Positions 28,498-41,572 of a stretch of DNA of 64,000 nucleotides are shown one piece after another. Source of the stretch: Octopus sinensis. Lineage: Eukaryota. A model generated the notes under the pieces. That model was not told where the DNA came from. It saw only the letters and a list, made by a program, of their open reading frames with translations, and did not search any database. Location of the stretch: NCBI RefSeq assembly GCF_006345805.1, contig NC_043012.1:3286001-3350000 (forward strand). Direction: 5' to 3'. How positions within the stretch are numbered: the first letter of the stretch is position 1; each line of letters begins with the position of its first letter. The translations under genes were made by a program, and so were the position numbers.

Positions 28498-29789
28498 TGA
28501 CAGGGTTCTTTCAGTCTCCGCCTACCAAATCTACTCACAAGGCTTTGCTTGGCACGAAGCTACAGTAGAAGACACTCGCCCAAGGTGCCATGCAGTGGAA
28601 CTGATCCCGGGACCATGTGGTTGGTCTTGGAATGAATATTTCTTCACTTCATTCTTTCCAACCCTCTAATGATTCTGCCGATTTCTCACATGGGCTATAT
28701 TATGTCTGAATAAAAGATGAGATGGCCATGGATGGGTTGAAACACTGTTTTGTAATCAGCACATAAAATGGAGCTGTGTTCCTAGAGTCAACCAGATGAG
28801 TTGCTGTTGTTTAGCCCTGGGTCAGGCCTGATAATGGTTAGTCCACATGACTTCATAAGGAGCATAGGGCTGGTTTCTTGGTTTCTCTGGTACATACATT
28901 CCTCCCTGGATGAGACACTAGTCCATCACAGGATTACTCCTTTTTACCAGCTGAATGGACTGGGGCAACATGAAATGAAGTGTTTACTCAAGAACACAAT
29001 GCATTGCCCATTCCAGGAATCGAAACCACAATCTTATGATCATGAGTCCAACACCCTAACCACTAAACCATGCACCCCAACTAGCCCTGATAATGCAGAA
29101 CTATAATCAAAGACAAACCCACCACCAACAACAACAACAACAACATCAACATCTCACTGAAGTACTTAATATTGTAAAGAGTTTGCTGAAGAAAGAATAG
29201 GATAAATAAATGTGTGTGAAAGTTCAATAAATTAAGGGTATTGTATCTTTAACTTATATGGTACCTGGGAAGAGATGTGAGGAAATCAGCCAGGGAAAAT
29301 ATCTCAGAATTAAACTGCTTTGAGTGTATAAGTAAACAATAAAATAGGCTCTTCCTCCACCACATACAAAAGACCATTTTATGTTACAACTTCACTTCAG
29401 AAGTGGCAAATATAATAAATCTCATAAAAAAACTGTTGTCTACAATAAACAGTGAAGTGAATGGCCTACTTTACTGGTAAGAGTAAAAACACTTCTAACA
29501 CATCTATACATGCAACCACCCAGCCAGCCAGCCAGCAAACCGTCCATCCATCCATCCATTCATCCATTCATCCATTATTCCATTAATCCATCCATTCAGC
29601 CATAAATGCATTAATATATACTTGCATGCATACATACAGACAGCCAGTTAGGCAGACAGACAGAGATTTGAGATAAATAAATAGACAGGCTGATAGCTTG
29701 ACAGATAAAACTAGACAGAAAGATAGGTAAATAGATGAATCTACCATATAAGCCAATACATAAGACAGGGTTTTCTTAAATCTAATAAA

Positions 29790-30325
29790 AATAAACTGCC
29801 ATGCATCTAATGTGACCATAGAGAAAACTGATGAAAATCTCCTGGCAAGACAAGGTCCCAGAAGCAGAGGTCCTCCCTCAATCTGATCTGCTAAGGAGAA
29901 CAAAAGTCAGATGTGCAGGCCACCTTGTTTGAATGTCTGACATGCAGCTCCCCAAGAGACTGTTTTACAGAAAACTAGTGGAAGTTAAGTGCACATAAGG
30001 TGGATGGAAAAAAGCACTTCAAGAATACAATCAAAGCCTCACTGAAAAGCTTTGAGATCAACCCTGACACCTGAGAAATGCAAGCACAAGAGCACCCTGT
30101 CTGACAAAGTTCTATCAACAGAGGTGCCACCTCATACACACAGAACAGGACTGCAAGGGCACAAATAAACCACGAACTATGCAAGTCCAAAGCCAACTCC
30201 TTACTTTCGGTCCCAGCAGAGGCTTCCACGCATGCATTGGACCGATTGGCCACAGCCGGACACAACATGACCCATCTCCTCCCATGTGATGTCCTTGGTC
30301 ATTGTCAACAATAATGAACAAACTA
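29790..30325 (+). mobile_element. Degraded RTE LINE 3' fragment
   Basis: GWKKHFKNTIKASLKSFEINPDT.EMQAQE...SSINRGATSY, resembling the RTE C-terminal GGQKKRFKDTLKASLK motif. Confidence 0.65.
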
Positions 30326-30518
30326 AGAATAAATTACAGATGAGATGCTGAGTGTATGAGTAAATGATGAAACATATTAAAAAAATTTTTCTTTTCCCCA
30401 TAAAAATGTTGGAGTTTCTCTTATCCAACAGTGAATGTTATACACCAGCGAATATGGTATTTATGTATGTATATAGATGTGTGTGTGTGTGTAGAATCAA
30501 GAGATAAGGTTGAAAGAA

Positions 30519-30925
30519 TGTGGCTGTGTGGTAATAGCTTGCTTACCAACAACATAGTTCCGGGTTCAGTCCCACTGTGTGACACTTTGGGCAAGTGTCT
30601 TCTACTATAGCCTCAGGTCGACCAAAGCCTTGAGTGGATTTGGTAGACGGAAACTGAAAGAAGCCCGTCGTATATATATATATGTGTGTGTGTGTGTGTG
30701 CGTGTGTGTTTGTGTGTCTGTTTGTCCCCCAACATCGCTTGACAACCGAAGCTGGTGTGTTTACGCCCCCCCCCGTCACTTAGCGGCTCAGCAAGAGAGA
30801 CCGATAGAATAAGTACTAGGCTTACAAAGAATAAGTCCTGGGGGTCGATTTGCTCGACTAAAGGCGGTGCTCCAGCATGGCCGCAGTCAAATGACTGAAA
30901 CAAGTAAAAGAGTAAAAGAGAGAAG
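30519..30925 (+). mobile_element. CORE-type SINE, family B (possibly octopus OR2-like)
   Basis: tRNA-like head, CORE-like ccttgggcaagt motif (degenerate in this copy), internal (TA/TG)n. Many other copies, e.g. 2455-2760, 17575-17945, 21401-21780 (minus), 24627-24980, 26138-26650, 43755-44070, 50012-50410 and 52750-53120 (minus). The family name is an inference. Confidence 0.85.
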
Positions 30926-31100
30926 AATAGAAAACACTTAATAGCGCTCAAATGATTTGAACTTACACCCCAATATCTTCACCAAGGACCAAGCATGTGT
31001 TGTGCATGTATATGTGGATGTATACACGCATACATATAATATCTACCATTGTTATATAGGCTCTTTAATATGTCATTGTTGTACAAGTGGGAAAGTTTAC

Positions 31101-31260
31101 CTTCTTATCTATTGTACCAATTCTTTATATGGTTTTAATAACAATTTTGTTTTTTCTCAGTTATGTGCTATTATTTTCTGTGTTGATTCTTATTTATTTT
31201 CAGTGTCAAACATGTTAAATAAACGAAGTCTGTTCATGACATTCATGTTTATCTCACGTA
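31101..31260 (-). pseudogene. Exon-like segment, ectodomain-like but with 3 in-frame stops
   Basis: Strong acceptor tttcttttttattaccccag and donor AAG|gtaaac; 160 nt, phase 1 to 2. Reads REINMNVMNRLRLFNMFDTENK*ESTQKIIAHN*EKTKLLLKPYKELVQ*IR. All three frames contain stops. Confidence 0.4.
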
Positions 31261-32767
31261 CTGGGGTAATAAAAAAGAAATACATAGAATCGATCGATTT
31301 AGCTTTTGTGTATTATATTATACTGCATTTGAAATCATAACTGGCTGAATCAGCCCCATTGAAATTATAGTAAGGCATAAACAATGATGTCAGGAATTCA
31401 ATAGATGACTATGTGGTCATTGAATCTGCTAGAAATACCAGTAAAATAGCTTCAAGTTCACACTCTGACTGTCTGTAGAAACAAAGAAAAATTGGAAAGA
31501 TACATTGGAGAACATAATCTTTTGATAAATGAAAAAATATGGGATGGTCATATCTGAAATGCCTTTGGTCATAGATCTGCTTAATAAAAGCTAATCTGGG
31601 GTTAAAGCATGAGAAAGAAAGCAACAAGAAGCCAACAATAGAATCTTTGTGTAATTGGCAGATCTGCTGAAAACAGCAACTAAATCTCCCTAAAATTACC
31701 CTATAGTATTAAAAAAGAAAGGACACGCTGAATAATGTGTTTAGGACACATTATTCAATGTATCATAAATATTCAGAGATGGGGTGATCATAGCTGGGGA
31801 ACCATTACTTATTGGTCTGCTCTATCAGAAATGACCTGAATAATAAGCAACAGTGGCAGCAATGAAACTAAGGAGTTGAGAAAGGAGCCTCTACAGAGTC
31901 ACTTGGCATACATAAACAACCATATCTAGAAATATATAGTATAAAATCAACCTTAGAAACATAACTGACTAAAGTTAACAAAATTAGAAATCCCCTCTTC
32001 AGCTGCCTAATAGATATCAACATGATTTTGACACCTATAGACAGGATCACTATTTTTGTTGATATCAAACAGCCATAGAAACATGGTATAATGTTGCCTG
32101 GGAATGTACAAACTTAATAGTTTGCACATAGATCATAAGCCAGATATGGCTTGTTTAAATGCAATGGGGTTAACATTCCCAACAAAATCGACATTTCTGC
32201 TCACCAGGAAATCTGTTTTGACCCAGTTACCCCCTGCATGTATTATTCTTTTATTCTTAGGTCGACATTGCCTTTCATCCTTTCGGGGTCGATAAATTAA
32301 GTACCAGTTGCGTACTGGGGCCAATCTAATCGACTAGCTCCCTCCCCATAATTTTCAGGCCTTGTGCCTAGAGTAGAAAAGATTCTTTTACTTGTTTCAG
32401 TCATTTGACTGGGGTACCACCTGGCAGGGTTTTAATCAAACAAGTCAACCCCAGCATTATTCTTTTTAAAGCCTGGTACATACTCTATCGGTCACTTTTG
32501 CCGAACTGCTAAGTTACGGGGGACATAAACACATCAACACCAGTTGTCAAGTGGTGTTGGTGGGGCGGGGGGACAAACACAGACATAAAGACACTCACAT
32601 AGATAAAATATATATATATATATGAATGGGTTTCTTTCAGTTTCTGTCTACCAAATCTACTCAAGGTTTTGGTCAGCCCAAGGCTGTAGTAGAAGACACT
32701 CATCCAAGGTATTACACAGTGGGACTGAACCCAGAACCATGTGGTTGAGAAGTTAGCTTCTTTTATT

Positions 32768-33125
32768 CATTCAATTGCCAGCGCCGCCCCGACTGGCTTC
32801 TGTGCCGGTGGCACATAAAAAGCACCATCCGAACGTGGCCGTTGCCAGCGCTGCCTTGACTGGCTTCCGTGCCGGTGGCATGTTAAAAGCTCCAACCGAT
32901 CGTGGCCGATGCCGGACCCCCCTGGCACCTGTGCAGGTGGCACGTAAAAAGCACCCACTACACTCGCGGAGTGGTTGGCGTTAGGAAGGGCATCCAGCTG
33001 TAGAAACTCTGCCAGATCAGACTGGAGCCTGGTGCAGCCCCTGGCTTCCCAGACCGCGGTCGAACCGTCCAACCTGTGCTAGCGCGGAAAACGGACGTTA
33101 AACGATGATGATGATGATGATGATG
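32768..33125 (+). mobile_element. High-copy retroposon with (ATG)n tail, family C
   Basis: ggtggcacgtaaaaagcaccc...ggaagggcatccagctgtagaaac...gttaaacgatgatgatg. Other copies at about 3302-3830, 52263-52730, 53620-53960, 55809-56330 and 62350-62800 (all minus). Confidence 0.85.
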
Positions 33126-34205
33126 GCCACAAGGGCCTTACAAAGAAAGGAAGCTGCAGGCTGGACAAGGACATAATGAGATGAAATGATACACAATATG
33201 ATAATAATGAGGGCAACAGTAATGCCCACTGATTGCTGTTTACTCGAACACATTGTTCTTCATAAATACATATTGGGGCAACAAACTTCTTACCTCACAG
33301 TCACAAGACACATACTATGACTAAAGGAAGACAAGGGTTAAACAAGATTGCAGCAGAAATGGCAGGAATCGTCTGATGAGTTGTGCCAAGACAAAATATG
33401 GATTGACCACTCATGGATACTCTTTCTCACTCTAACCCATATTCAGTCAAACTAATATCAACTATTCAGCTATAAGGACACTCCTTAGTGAATTCTATAA
33501 TTCCACACATACCTAAGTGCTTAATTTATCATACTAACGTCTTGATTTATCTTCCAGTTGTCAACTGAAATTATACCTTATTCATTCAAAAATATCATTA
33601 TGTACATCCTGAACTCACATTTCTCAATCATTTAGTACAAAAAAAATTTATAAACATATTTTATCTAATACTCTCTCCACCCCTCACTTCACACTTATGA
33701 AAGTACCGATTCTCCTTTTCTACTGACACACTTTCTGCATCCTCTCTCATGTTCACCTTCCTGTACCTTGAGCATTTACTCTGGCAGGCTATCAATACCA
33801 TCTTTGCCTCTTTCCCAACTACTCTCACCCACTCCCATTTAATGTGTGATAGCCATTTATCCCCTCTGTGTGGAGGTGCATGGCTTAGTGTTTAGGGTAT
33901 TGGACTCGGGATCCTAAGATTGTAGTTTCAATTCCTGGACTGGGCAATGCATTGTGTTCTTGATCAAAACACTTCATTTCACATTGCTCCAGTCCACTCA
34001 GCTGGCAAAAATGAATAATCCTGCGATGGTCTGGCATTCCATCCAGGTGGGGAGTATACATGCCATGGAAACCGGGGGGGAAACCAGCCCTTATGACTCA
34101 AGAAGATAACTTGATAAATATCCCGGAAACAGCTGTAAGACCTTCTCTTTATAAATGTTCTGAAATCTTTCACAGCCTTGGATTTTTATCTCATATATAT
34201 ATATG

Positions 34206-34237
<32 letters not shown>

Positions 34238-34510
34238 CATACATATTAATTTGAAAAGGTGTCATTAATTCTATTATTATCCATAGGAATCTCTAATTAT
34301 GGTAACACATGCTGAAAAAGCTAAGGCTTATTTTGCCAGTGCAGAAACTGGTCCACATGAGTCCAGATACTAAAATGTATGTTAGTAGATTGTCTTAACC
34401 TGATCTTGCCTTCGTTTGATTTCTGTAGTTTTCATCAGTGTATTTTTGGCGATTTCATAAGAGTTTTGACTGTTATTTCAAGCAGGTAGACATACTTACT
34501 ATGTCCTTTG

Positions 34511-34554
<44 letters not shown>

Positions 34555-35225
34555 CACATTCAGTTGGAGGTTAAAATAGCCTCAATTAAGAGATAGTAAT
34601 ATCCAATGAATTACTGGTTCATTACCTAATATTTTTTGCGAATAATAATATTCTAAATATAAATCTTGGTTTATAAACATTCAAAAGAAAATTAAGAAAA
34701 TGGAGATGTAGCATTAATACAATTTATTAACTGCAAAAATCCAACATATTCTCTTACACCTGTTTATTTTGCAGTTAAGCAATTATATTAATGCTATATC
34801 TCTTTTCTTAATTTTCTTCATATATATATATATATATATATATACTAGCAGTATAGCCCAGCGCTGCTCGGGCTTCTTTTCTTTTTGACCCTTCAGAATT
34901 GGAATTTTTGAAAAGTAAAAATTTTGCATTATGTAGCTTGTTATTCTCTTTAAGTGAACATTTTTCTAGTTGAAATACACCGAAAAATGGCGACACAGCA
35001 GTAAAAAAATCATAAAAAATAGGGATTTTCATAGAAAAAAAGCACCTTTTTGATGTAAATAATTTTTGGTGTTAACATGGTCCGATTTGAATTTTTTCTT
35101 TGACGGAAAGAAGAGCAAGCTTTCTTCTATTATACTCTCAATTTTGGTCAACTTGCACCACAGGGTCTCAGAGAAGATAGTGTTAGTTGAAGGCTACCAA
35201 ACCTGCGATACATAGACAACTTCAG

Positions 35226-35228
<3 letters not shown>

Positions 35229-35280
<52 letters not shown>

Positions 35281-35373
35281 TATATACACACACATATATA
35301 TATACCCACATATATATATATATATACACACATATATATATACATACATATATTCATATGTACTCATATATTC

Positions 35374-35417
<44 letters not shown>

Positions 35418-35578
35418 ATAAATATTAGGGAATAAATCCAAATTTACAGGGAAAATAGTGGTTTTGTCTCTAATTAATATTATATATATATATATTTATA
35501 TACACACACACACACCTTTATGCTTATATATGCATATATATATACATACTTATATATGTATTATGCATACATACACAT

Positions 35579-35616
<38 letters not shown>

Positions 35617-35625
35617 ATATATAAG

Positions 35626-35680
<55 letters not shown>

Positions 35681-35697
35681 ATATATATATACATATA

Positions 35698-35790
<93 letters not shown>

Positions 35791-35930
35791 GTGTGTGTGT
35801 ATGTATGCATAATACATATATAAGTATGTATATATATATATGCATATATAAGCATAAAGATGATGATGATATATATATATATATATATATACCTATATAT
35901 ACATATATATGTATATATATGTATACTTAT

Positions 35931-35981
<51 letters not shown>

Positions 35982-36075
35982 CACATATATATGTATACTT
36001 ATATGCATGCATACATACATATATATATGTGTGTGTGTGCATATATATTTATATGTATATGTATATATATATATG
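35229..36075. repeat. Compound (TA)n/(CA)n microsatellite block
   Basis: Read directly. Similar blocks lie at about 38795-39280, 48457-48750, 11242-11370 and 23668-23765. Confidence 0.95.
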
Positions 36076-36150
36076 AGTGTTGCATGTGTATCAATTCAAT
36101 AATATCTAAAGCAAATTGACAAACTTGATAGTTACGATAGAAGTACCCAC

Positions 36151-36196
36151 CTGTGATTGACCACAGACTGCAGGAGAAGAGGAGTGAAGAGCTCAT
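36151..36196 (-). CDS. Candidate signal-peptide exon of the minus-strand membrane-protein gene
   Basis: Encodes MSSSLLFSCSLWSIT-G, then donor CAG|gtgggt (phase 1, typical after a signal peptide). A long polypyrimidine tract and acceptor lie at about 36239-36300, so this is an internal exon. The hydrophobic core is short. Confidence 0.45.
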
Positions 36197-36564
36197 ACCC
36201 GTAGCTCGGGACCAGTGTTTCTATACAATCAAACTCTACTAAAGAACCAAACTTTAAAAATAAAAATGAGAAAAGGAAAAGCAGAAGAGAAAAAAGGAAA
36301 CAAAAGGCATGAATATTATAAAAAAAAAGAAATCAATACCCTACCATATGCTGTTTTTCGCGCGCGCCTGTGTGTGTGTGTATACATACATTGATATCTG
36401 TAAAAAATGGCATAAAAATGTGATTTCACAATCACACAACTAAAACACCGTTTGTCAATTACACAGACTGATCAACTGTTAGGTGTTTATGCTTTTGCTA
36501 CAGTACTAGTGGTGGTGGTGATAGTGGTGGTGGTGGTGGTGGTGGTGGTGGTGGTGGTGGTGGT

Positions 36565-36619
<55 letters not shown>

Positions 36620-38163
36620 TTGACTAACACCATCATCAGTCTAAGCTTTTCTTCAATACTAACCTACCCAGGATCCAGCTCTGGTTTTATCCTATGGATC
36701 TCATTTTATCTGTACCACATGAGTCCATGTAAGAATCTTTATGTTCAAGACACCAACTTCAAAATGCTGAACCTTACAAAGGAGATGACAAAGGGCCAAG
36801 ATATATGGCACATTGATGTACTCAAGAGAACCAGCCCACCACAACAGAACTGAGATCATTTAACCACTTTGGTAATGCTTACCCGAGAAGGGCATTGGTG
36901 CTGGTACCACATAAGAGGCACTGGTAATGGTTCCACATAAAAAGAACCCAATACACTCTGTAAAGTGGTTGGTGTCAGGAAGAGCATCCAGCCATAGAAA
37001 CTTAGCTTAAATAGACAACGGAACTTGGTGCAGCTTTTGGCCTTGACAGCTTCTGTCAAACCATCATGCCAGAATGGAAAATAGACATTAAACAATGATG
37101 ATGATGATGATGACAGTGACAATAATGATGATGATGACAATGATGATGATGATGATGATGAAGAGCCCTTCAGATTCTTGATTGAGCTAATGAGAGAGCT
37201 TCTCTGCATGCTCACTCAACCTACTAGAAGTAGCAACCAAATCTCTCTCAAATCATACCCCTTTTATCCATCTTAAGCATAGTAGGGTCTCTGTCATTAA
37301 ATGCTGACCATGCAGTTGGGCATGTGTATGTACATAGGCCCAGGTAAAATTTTGAGGAAAACTACCAGGTGCTCATACATACATATATATATATATGAAA
37401 TTGCTCTGCAGAAAGAAAAATTGTGTGCCAGTTGCAGTTTGACAAAGTGAAACTGGTCCGTTTAAACAGAAATGGCCTCTTGTGTTGAGACAGCAAGAGG
37501 CCAATTTGAACTTAATACAGAAACTGAATACGTTGAAACACGTAACACCACGCTCAAATAAATTTTCTAAAATTATGATTTGTGAAGAATGAGGCAACGA
37601 GCTGACAGAATTCTTAGGAGCACGCTGGGCAAAATTCTTGGGGGTATCTCATCTATCTGTGTGTTCTGATTTCAAATTCACCAAATTCGACTTTACCTTT
37701 CATCTTTTGGGGGTCGATAAAATAAGCACTAGTCAAATAGCGGATCGATGTAATCGATAGCCCCCACCCACATAATTTTGCGTTACGTGCTTATTGTTGG
37801 ACGGATTATAGTTGTAAAGAAAGGGCAGGCGAGCAAGGAGACTAGCTTATGCATCGGACAAATGCTTAGTCAGAATTTCATCTAGTTCTTTACATTCTGA
37901 GTTCAAATCCCGCCTTTCGTTCTTTCGGGGTCGATAAAATAAAGTACCTGTCAATAACTGAGTTCATGTAATCGACTAACCTCTTCCCACTAAAACTGCC
38001 GACCATGTGCCGAAATTTGAATCTGTTATGACTTGCGTGGATGGAAAACAAATGCCAAATAAGAGCCAATTTATAAAGGATGGAATTAAATTGAGAGTTA
38101 GACGCTAGATTATATATTAAAAAAAAACTGGAGAAAGAGATTGGGGCTGAACGTTAAAAAAAA

Positions 38164-38329
38164 CTAATGAGATTTAGCACCAAGGCAAGCTATATCTCTG
38201 CAACAGTTGTACCTCGGGTTATTGCGAGAGCAATATGCACACTCTGCTGGGTAGCAGTTTGCTGTACAAGGTGCAGTATAGCAATTAGGACATGTTGCAT
38301 CAGTATCATCATCTGCTCCGAAACTGTTA
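38164..38329 (-). CDS. Cys-rich exon of a candidate 60-aa microprotein
   Basis: Minus strand: atttccatctctatcag|T AAC AGT TTC..., encoding (S)NSFGADDDTDATCPNCYTAPCTANCYPAECAYCSRNNPRYNCCRDIACLGAKSH*. Nine Cys in 36 residues, in unique non-repetitive sequence. Absent from the ORF track because it has no start codon of its own. Confidence 0.6.
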
Positions 38330-38821
38330 CTGATAGAGATGGAAATAAGTTTTAGGAATCAGGGAGTACGTCAAAGCCGTACTTTGTTATGGAGGATGCA
38401 TCCCCCACTCACACATGCTGACTAAGAGACTCGTTTCTTTATTATCGGCATAAAGCCTTAAATACAGAGGGGACACTAGGAGGACATAAGAGACTGAGAA
38501 CTGAAAAGGAATGAAGGGGTTAAAAACCAACAACAACCAGACCACGATGTGAAATCATTTGAAATTTTGGGCAAGTGTTTGTGTTATCTTGCCCCAGGTC
38601 AGTACTGGTCGATCAGACAGACGACACATGATCAAAACATTCCATCCATGGATATCGTCTTTTTCTTTTCTTTTTCGCAAGAATGTATCCAGAACTACAT
38701 CTAAAAAAATGGGTTCTTCCGTTTTCGTAACTTGATAAAGAGATCTGAGAAACGAAACTATAAACCCTTGAGTCACATATACGTTTTCAACTTCATATAT
38801 ATATATATATATACATATATA

Positions 38822-38918
<97 letters not shown>

Positions 38919-38944
38919 TTATATGTATTATATATATATATATA

Positions 38945-39028
<84 letters not shown>

Positions 39029-39051
39029 GTATATATATATATACATAATAT

Positions 39052-39094
<43 letters not shown>

Positions 39095-39106
39095 ATATAT
39101 ATATAC

Positions 39107-39159
<53 letters not shown>

Positions 39160-39237
39160 TATACATATAAATATATATATATATACATACATATAAATAT
39201 ATATATACATATATATATATACATACATGCATATATA

Positions 39238-39277
<40 letters not shown>

Positions 39278-39356
39278 ATTATCAATAGTTATGCAATATA
39301 AAATTCCAAGCCAACAGGGAAAAATTCAATTTAGCAATACTAAATCAACATACACA

Positions 39357-39396
<40 letters not shown>

Positions 39397-39479
39397 GGTC
39401 CCGGGTTGATCCGGGGTTAACCACAGTAAGTAAGGTACTCAATACATAGCAGAGTAAAATTAATTTATTATATAGAAGG

Positions 39480-39530
39480 AGCTTCTACAGGACTAGTACT
39501 GTTTCATTCAAGAGAAATCTTCAGGAAGCT
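39480..39530 (-). ncRNA. Type I hammerhead ribozyme-like motif (mirror copy)
   Basis: Reverse complement of 40028-40078. Confidence 0.65.
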
Positions 39531-40027
39531 ATTTAACAAGAATTGTATTAGCATTATACATTTAGGCAGGTTTAAAGGAGTGGTGGTGGGGGACTTTTTT
39601 GGGGGTAGGCATAGCGCAAAATATCATACTTGGGGGAGTGGTCAAGGAGTCAGTGGTAAGTTAGATGAAAGAATAGATAAATAAAAAAATAAAATAAAAA
39701 ATAAAAATAAAAAATAAAAATAAAAAAAAAAAAAATAAAATAATATATATATACGTATATGTGTGTGTATGTATATGTGTTTATGTTTGTATGTGCACAC
39801 ATTTTATTTTTTTATTTCTTTTATTTTTTATTTTTTATTTTTTTTATTTTTTATTTTTATTTTTTATTTATTTTTTTATTTATCTATTCTTTCATCTAAC
39901 TTACCACTGACTCCTTGACCACTCCCCAAGTATGATATTTTGCGCTATGCCTACCCCCAAAAAGTCCCCCACCACCACTCCTTTAACCTGCCTAAATGTA
40001 TAAATGCTAATACAATTCTTGTTAAAT

Positions 40028-40078
40028 AGCTTCCTGAAGATTTCTCTTGAATGAAACAGTACTAGTCCTGTAGAAGCT
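40028..40078 (+). ncRNA. Type I hammerhead ribozyme-like motif
   Basis: agcttc-CTGAAGA-t ttc tctt gaa t-GAAA-cag tactagtc ctg-TA-gaagct: 6-bp stem I, 3-bp stem II, stem III and a GUA cleavage triplet. The 10.1/11.1 pair is a non-canonical U-U. Confidence 0.65.
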
Positions 40079-40089
40079 CCTTCTATATA

Positions 40090-40314
<225 letters not shown>

Positions 40315-40580
40315 ATTTAGAGGCAAAACCTCTGTTTAAGAATGCCAAATATTTTATAAATATTATTCTAAAATTCTAAGTAGAGGTTTTGTCTCTAAAT
40401 TTTATATTTATATATATATATATACATTGCTCAGTAATTTGGTATATAAGAACAAACTAAATATTTCAGGAAGCCTACAATGATCGCAGCAAAACGTGTT
40501 CTTTTGCGTTGGTTTTTCTTTTTTTTTTTTTTTGGTTAACAGCAGGTGGCAAAAATGAAAAAGTCAAAAAATATCCTTAC

Positions 40581-40597
40581 CTTCTTAAATGCATCAT
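40581..40597 (-). CDS. Start of candidate Cys-rich microprotein (MMHLR + 2 nt) within a 35-nt exon at 40581-40615
   Basis: Minus strand: aattcttttag|CTCTAATCATTTACCTGT ATG ATG CAT TTA AGA AG|gtaagg. An in-frame TAA lies upstream of the ATGs. The phase-2 end matches the acceptor at 38329. Confidence 0.45.
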
Positions 40598-41310
40598 ACA
40601 GGTAAATGATTAGAGCTAAAAGAATTTTCCAAATAGAAAAAAATGTGTCGGTGATAACTGAATACAATGCTTTATTGTTTTCTTTCTCTGTCTCTTTCTA
40701 TTTCACTCCCCCCTCTCTCTCTCTCTCTCTGTTTTTGTTTTGTTTTTCTCTCCCGTTAGTCTCTTTCATTCCTTTTGTTCATTAGAGTTCATGCCCTGGT
40801 TACCTGAAATAGAAGAGCATTTTACGGAAGCTTTTCCTCGTGAGGAAAAACTAAATTATGTTGTTATAACGATCCACAACAACTAAAGTTGTTGAGACAT
40901 ATAAGTCACAGAGGGGTGGGTTGGGGGCGGGAATCCGTAACTGTTGGACGAAGCCTCACTTGTGTGACATGAAAAGAAAAAACTTGATCAGTAAATATCT
41001 GAAATGAATCCAATGAATCATCGATGACTGTACAAAGGAAAGAAAGAAAGGGGAATAGCGGGAACAGAAAAGAATGAAGATGGAAAAGAAGCAGCTGGAC
41101 ATAGGAGGCTCTAAAACGAAGAAAGAGACTAAAGTATAAATTTTTGAAGTGAAATATTTATTTGTAAAGTATTAAGATAGCGGAGAAGAGCGAAACGTAT
41201 ACATAGGTGCTATCCCTTTGAAAAAATGCAAATGTAAATAAGAAAATAACGGAACAATTACAAACTACTGAATTGTTTGGTGTTGTTATAATGAAAAAAG
41301 GCGGAGTGGA

Positions 41311-41540
41311 GGCGGCGAGCTGGCAGAAACGTTAGCACGCCGGGCGAAATGCGTAGTCGTATTTCGTCTGCCGTTACGTTCTGGGTTCAAATTCCGCCGA
41401 GGTCGACTTTGCCTTTCATCCTTTTGGGGTCGATTAAATAAGTACCAGTTACGCACTGGAGTCGATGTAATCGACTTAATCCGTTTGTCTGTCCTTGTTT
41501 GTCCCTTCTGTGTTTAGCCCCTTGTGAGTAGTAAAGAAAT
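41311..41540 (+). mobile_element. tRNA-derived SINE, family A (young copy)
   Basis: A-box/B-box-like TGGCAGAAACGTTAGC...GGTTCAAATTCC. Related copies at about 1555-1790, 4855-5086, 37605-37790, 37830-38030 and 48017-48180. Confidence 0.85.
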
Positions 41541-41572
41541 AGGTATTTCGTCTGCCATTACGTTCTGAGTTC

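Noticed and set aside
31868-32240. Cadherin-like DINKNSDP motif on minus
   Set aside because: Interrupted by stops, and it lacks the other cadherin motifs (LDRE, AxDxG); likely chance.
38167-38355. Plus-strand 62-aa Cys-containing ORF (MRFSTKAS...)
   Set aside because: Antisense to the better-supported minus-strand Cys exon, which has an acceptor and a phase-matched upstream exon.
35148-39285. Many YIYIYI and CVCV ORFs here and throughout the window
   Set aside because: Translations of (TA)n, (CA)n and (TG)n microsatellites.
41311-41400. tRNA genes suggested by A/B boxes
   Set aside because: These are heads of multi-copy SINEs with no complete cloverleaf.
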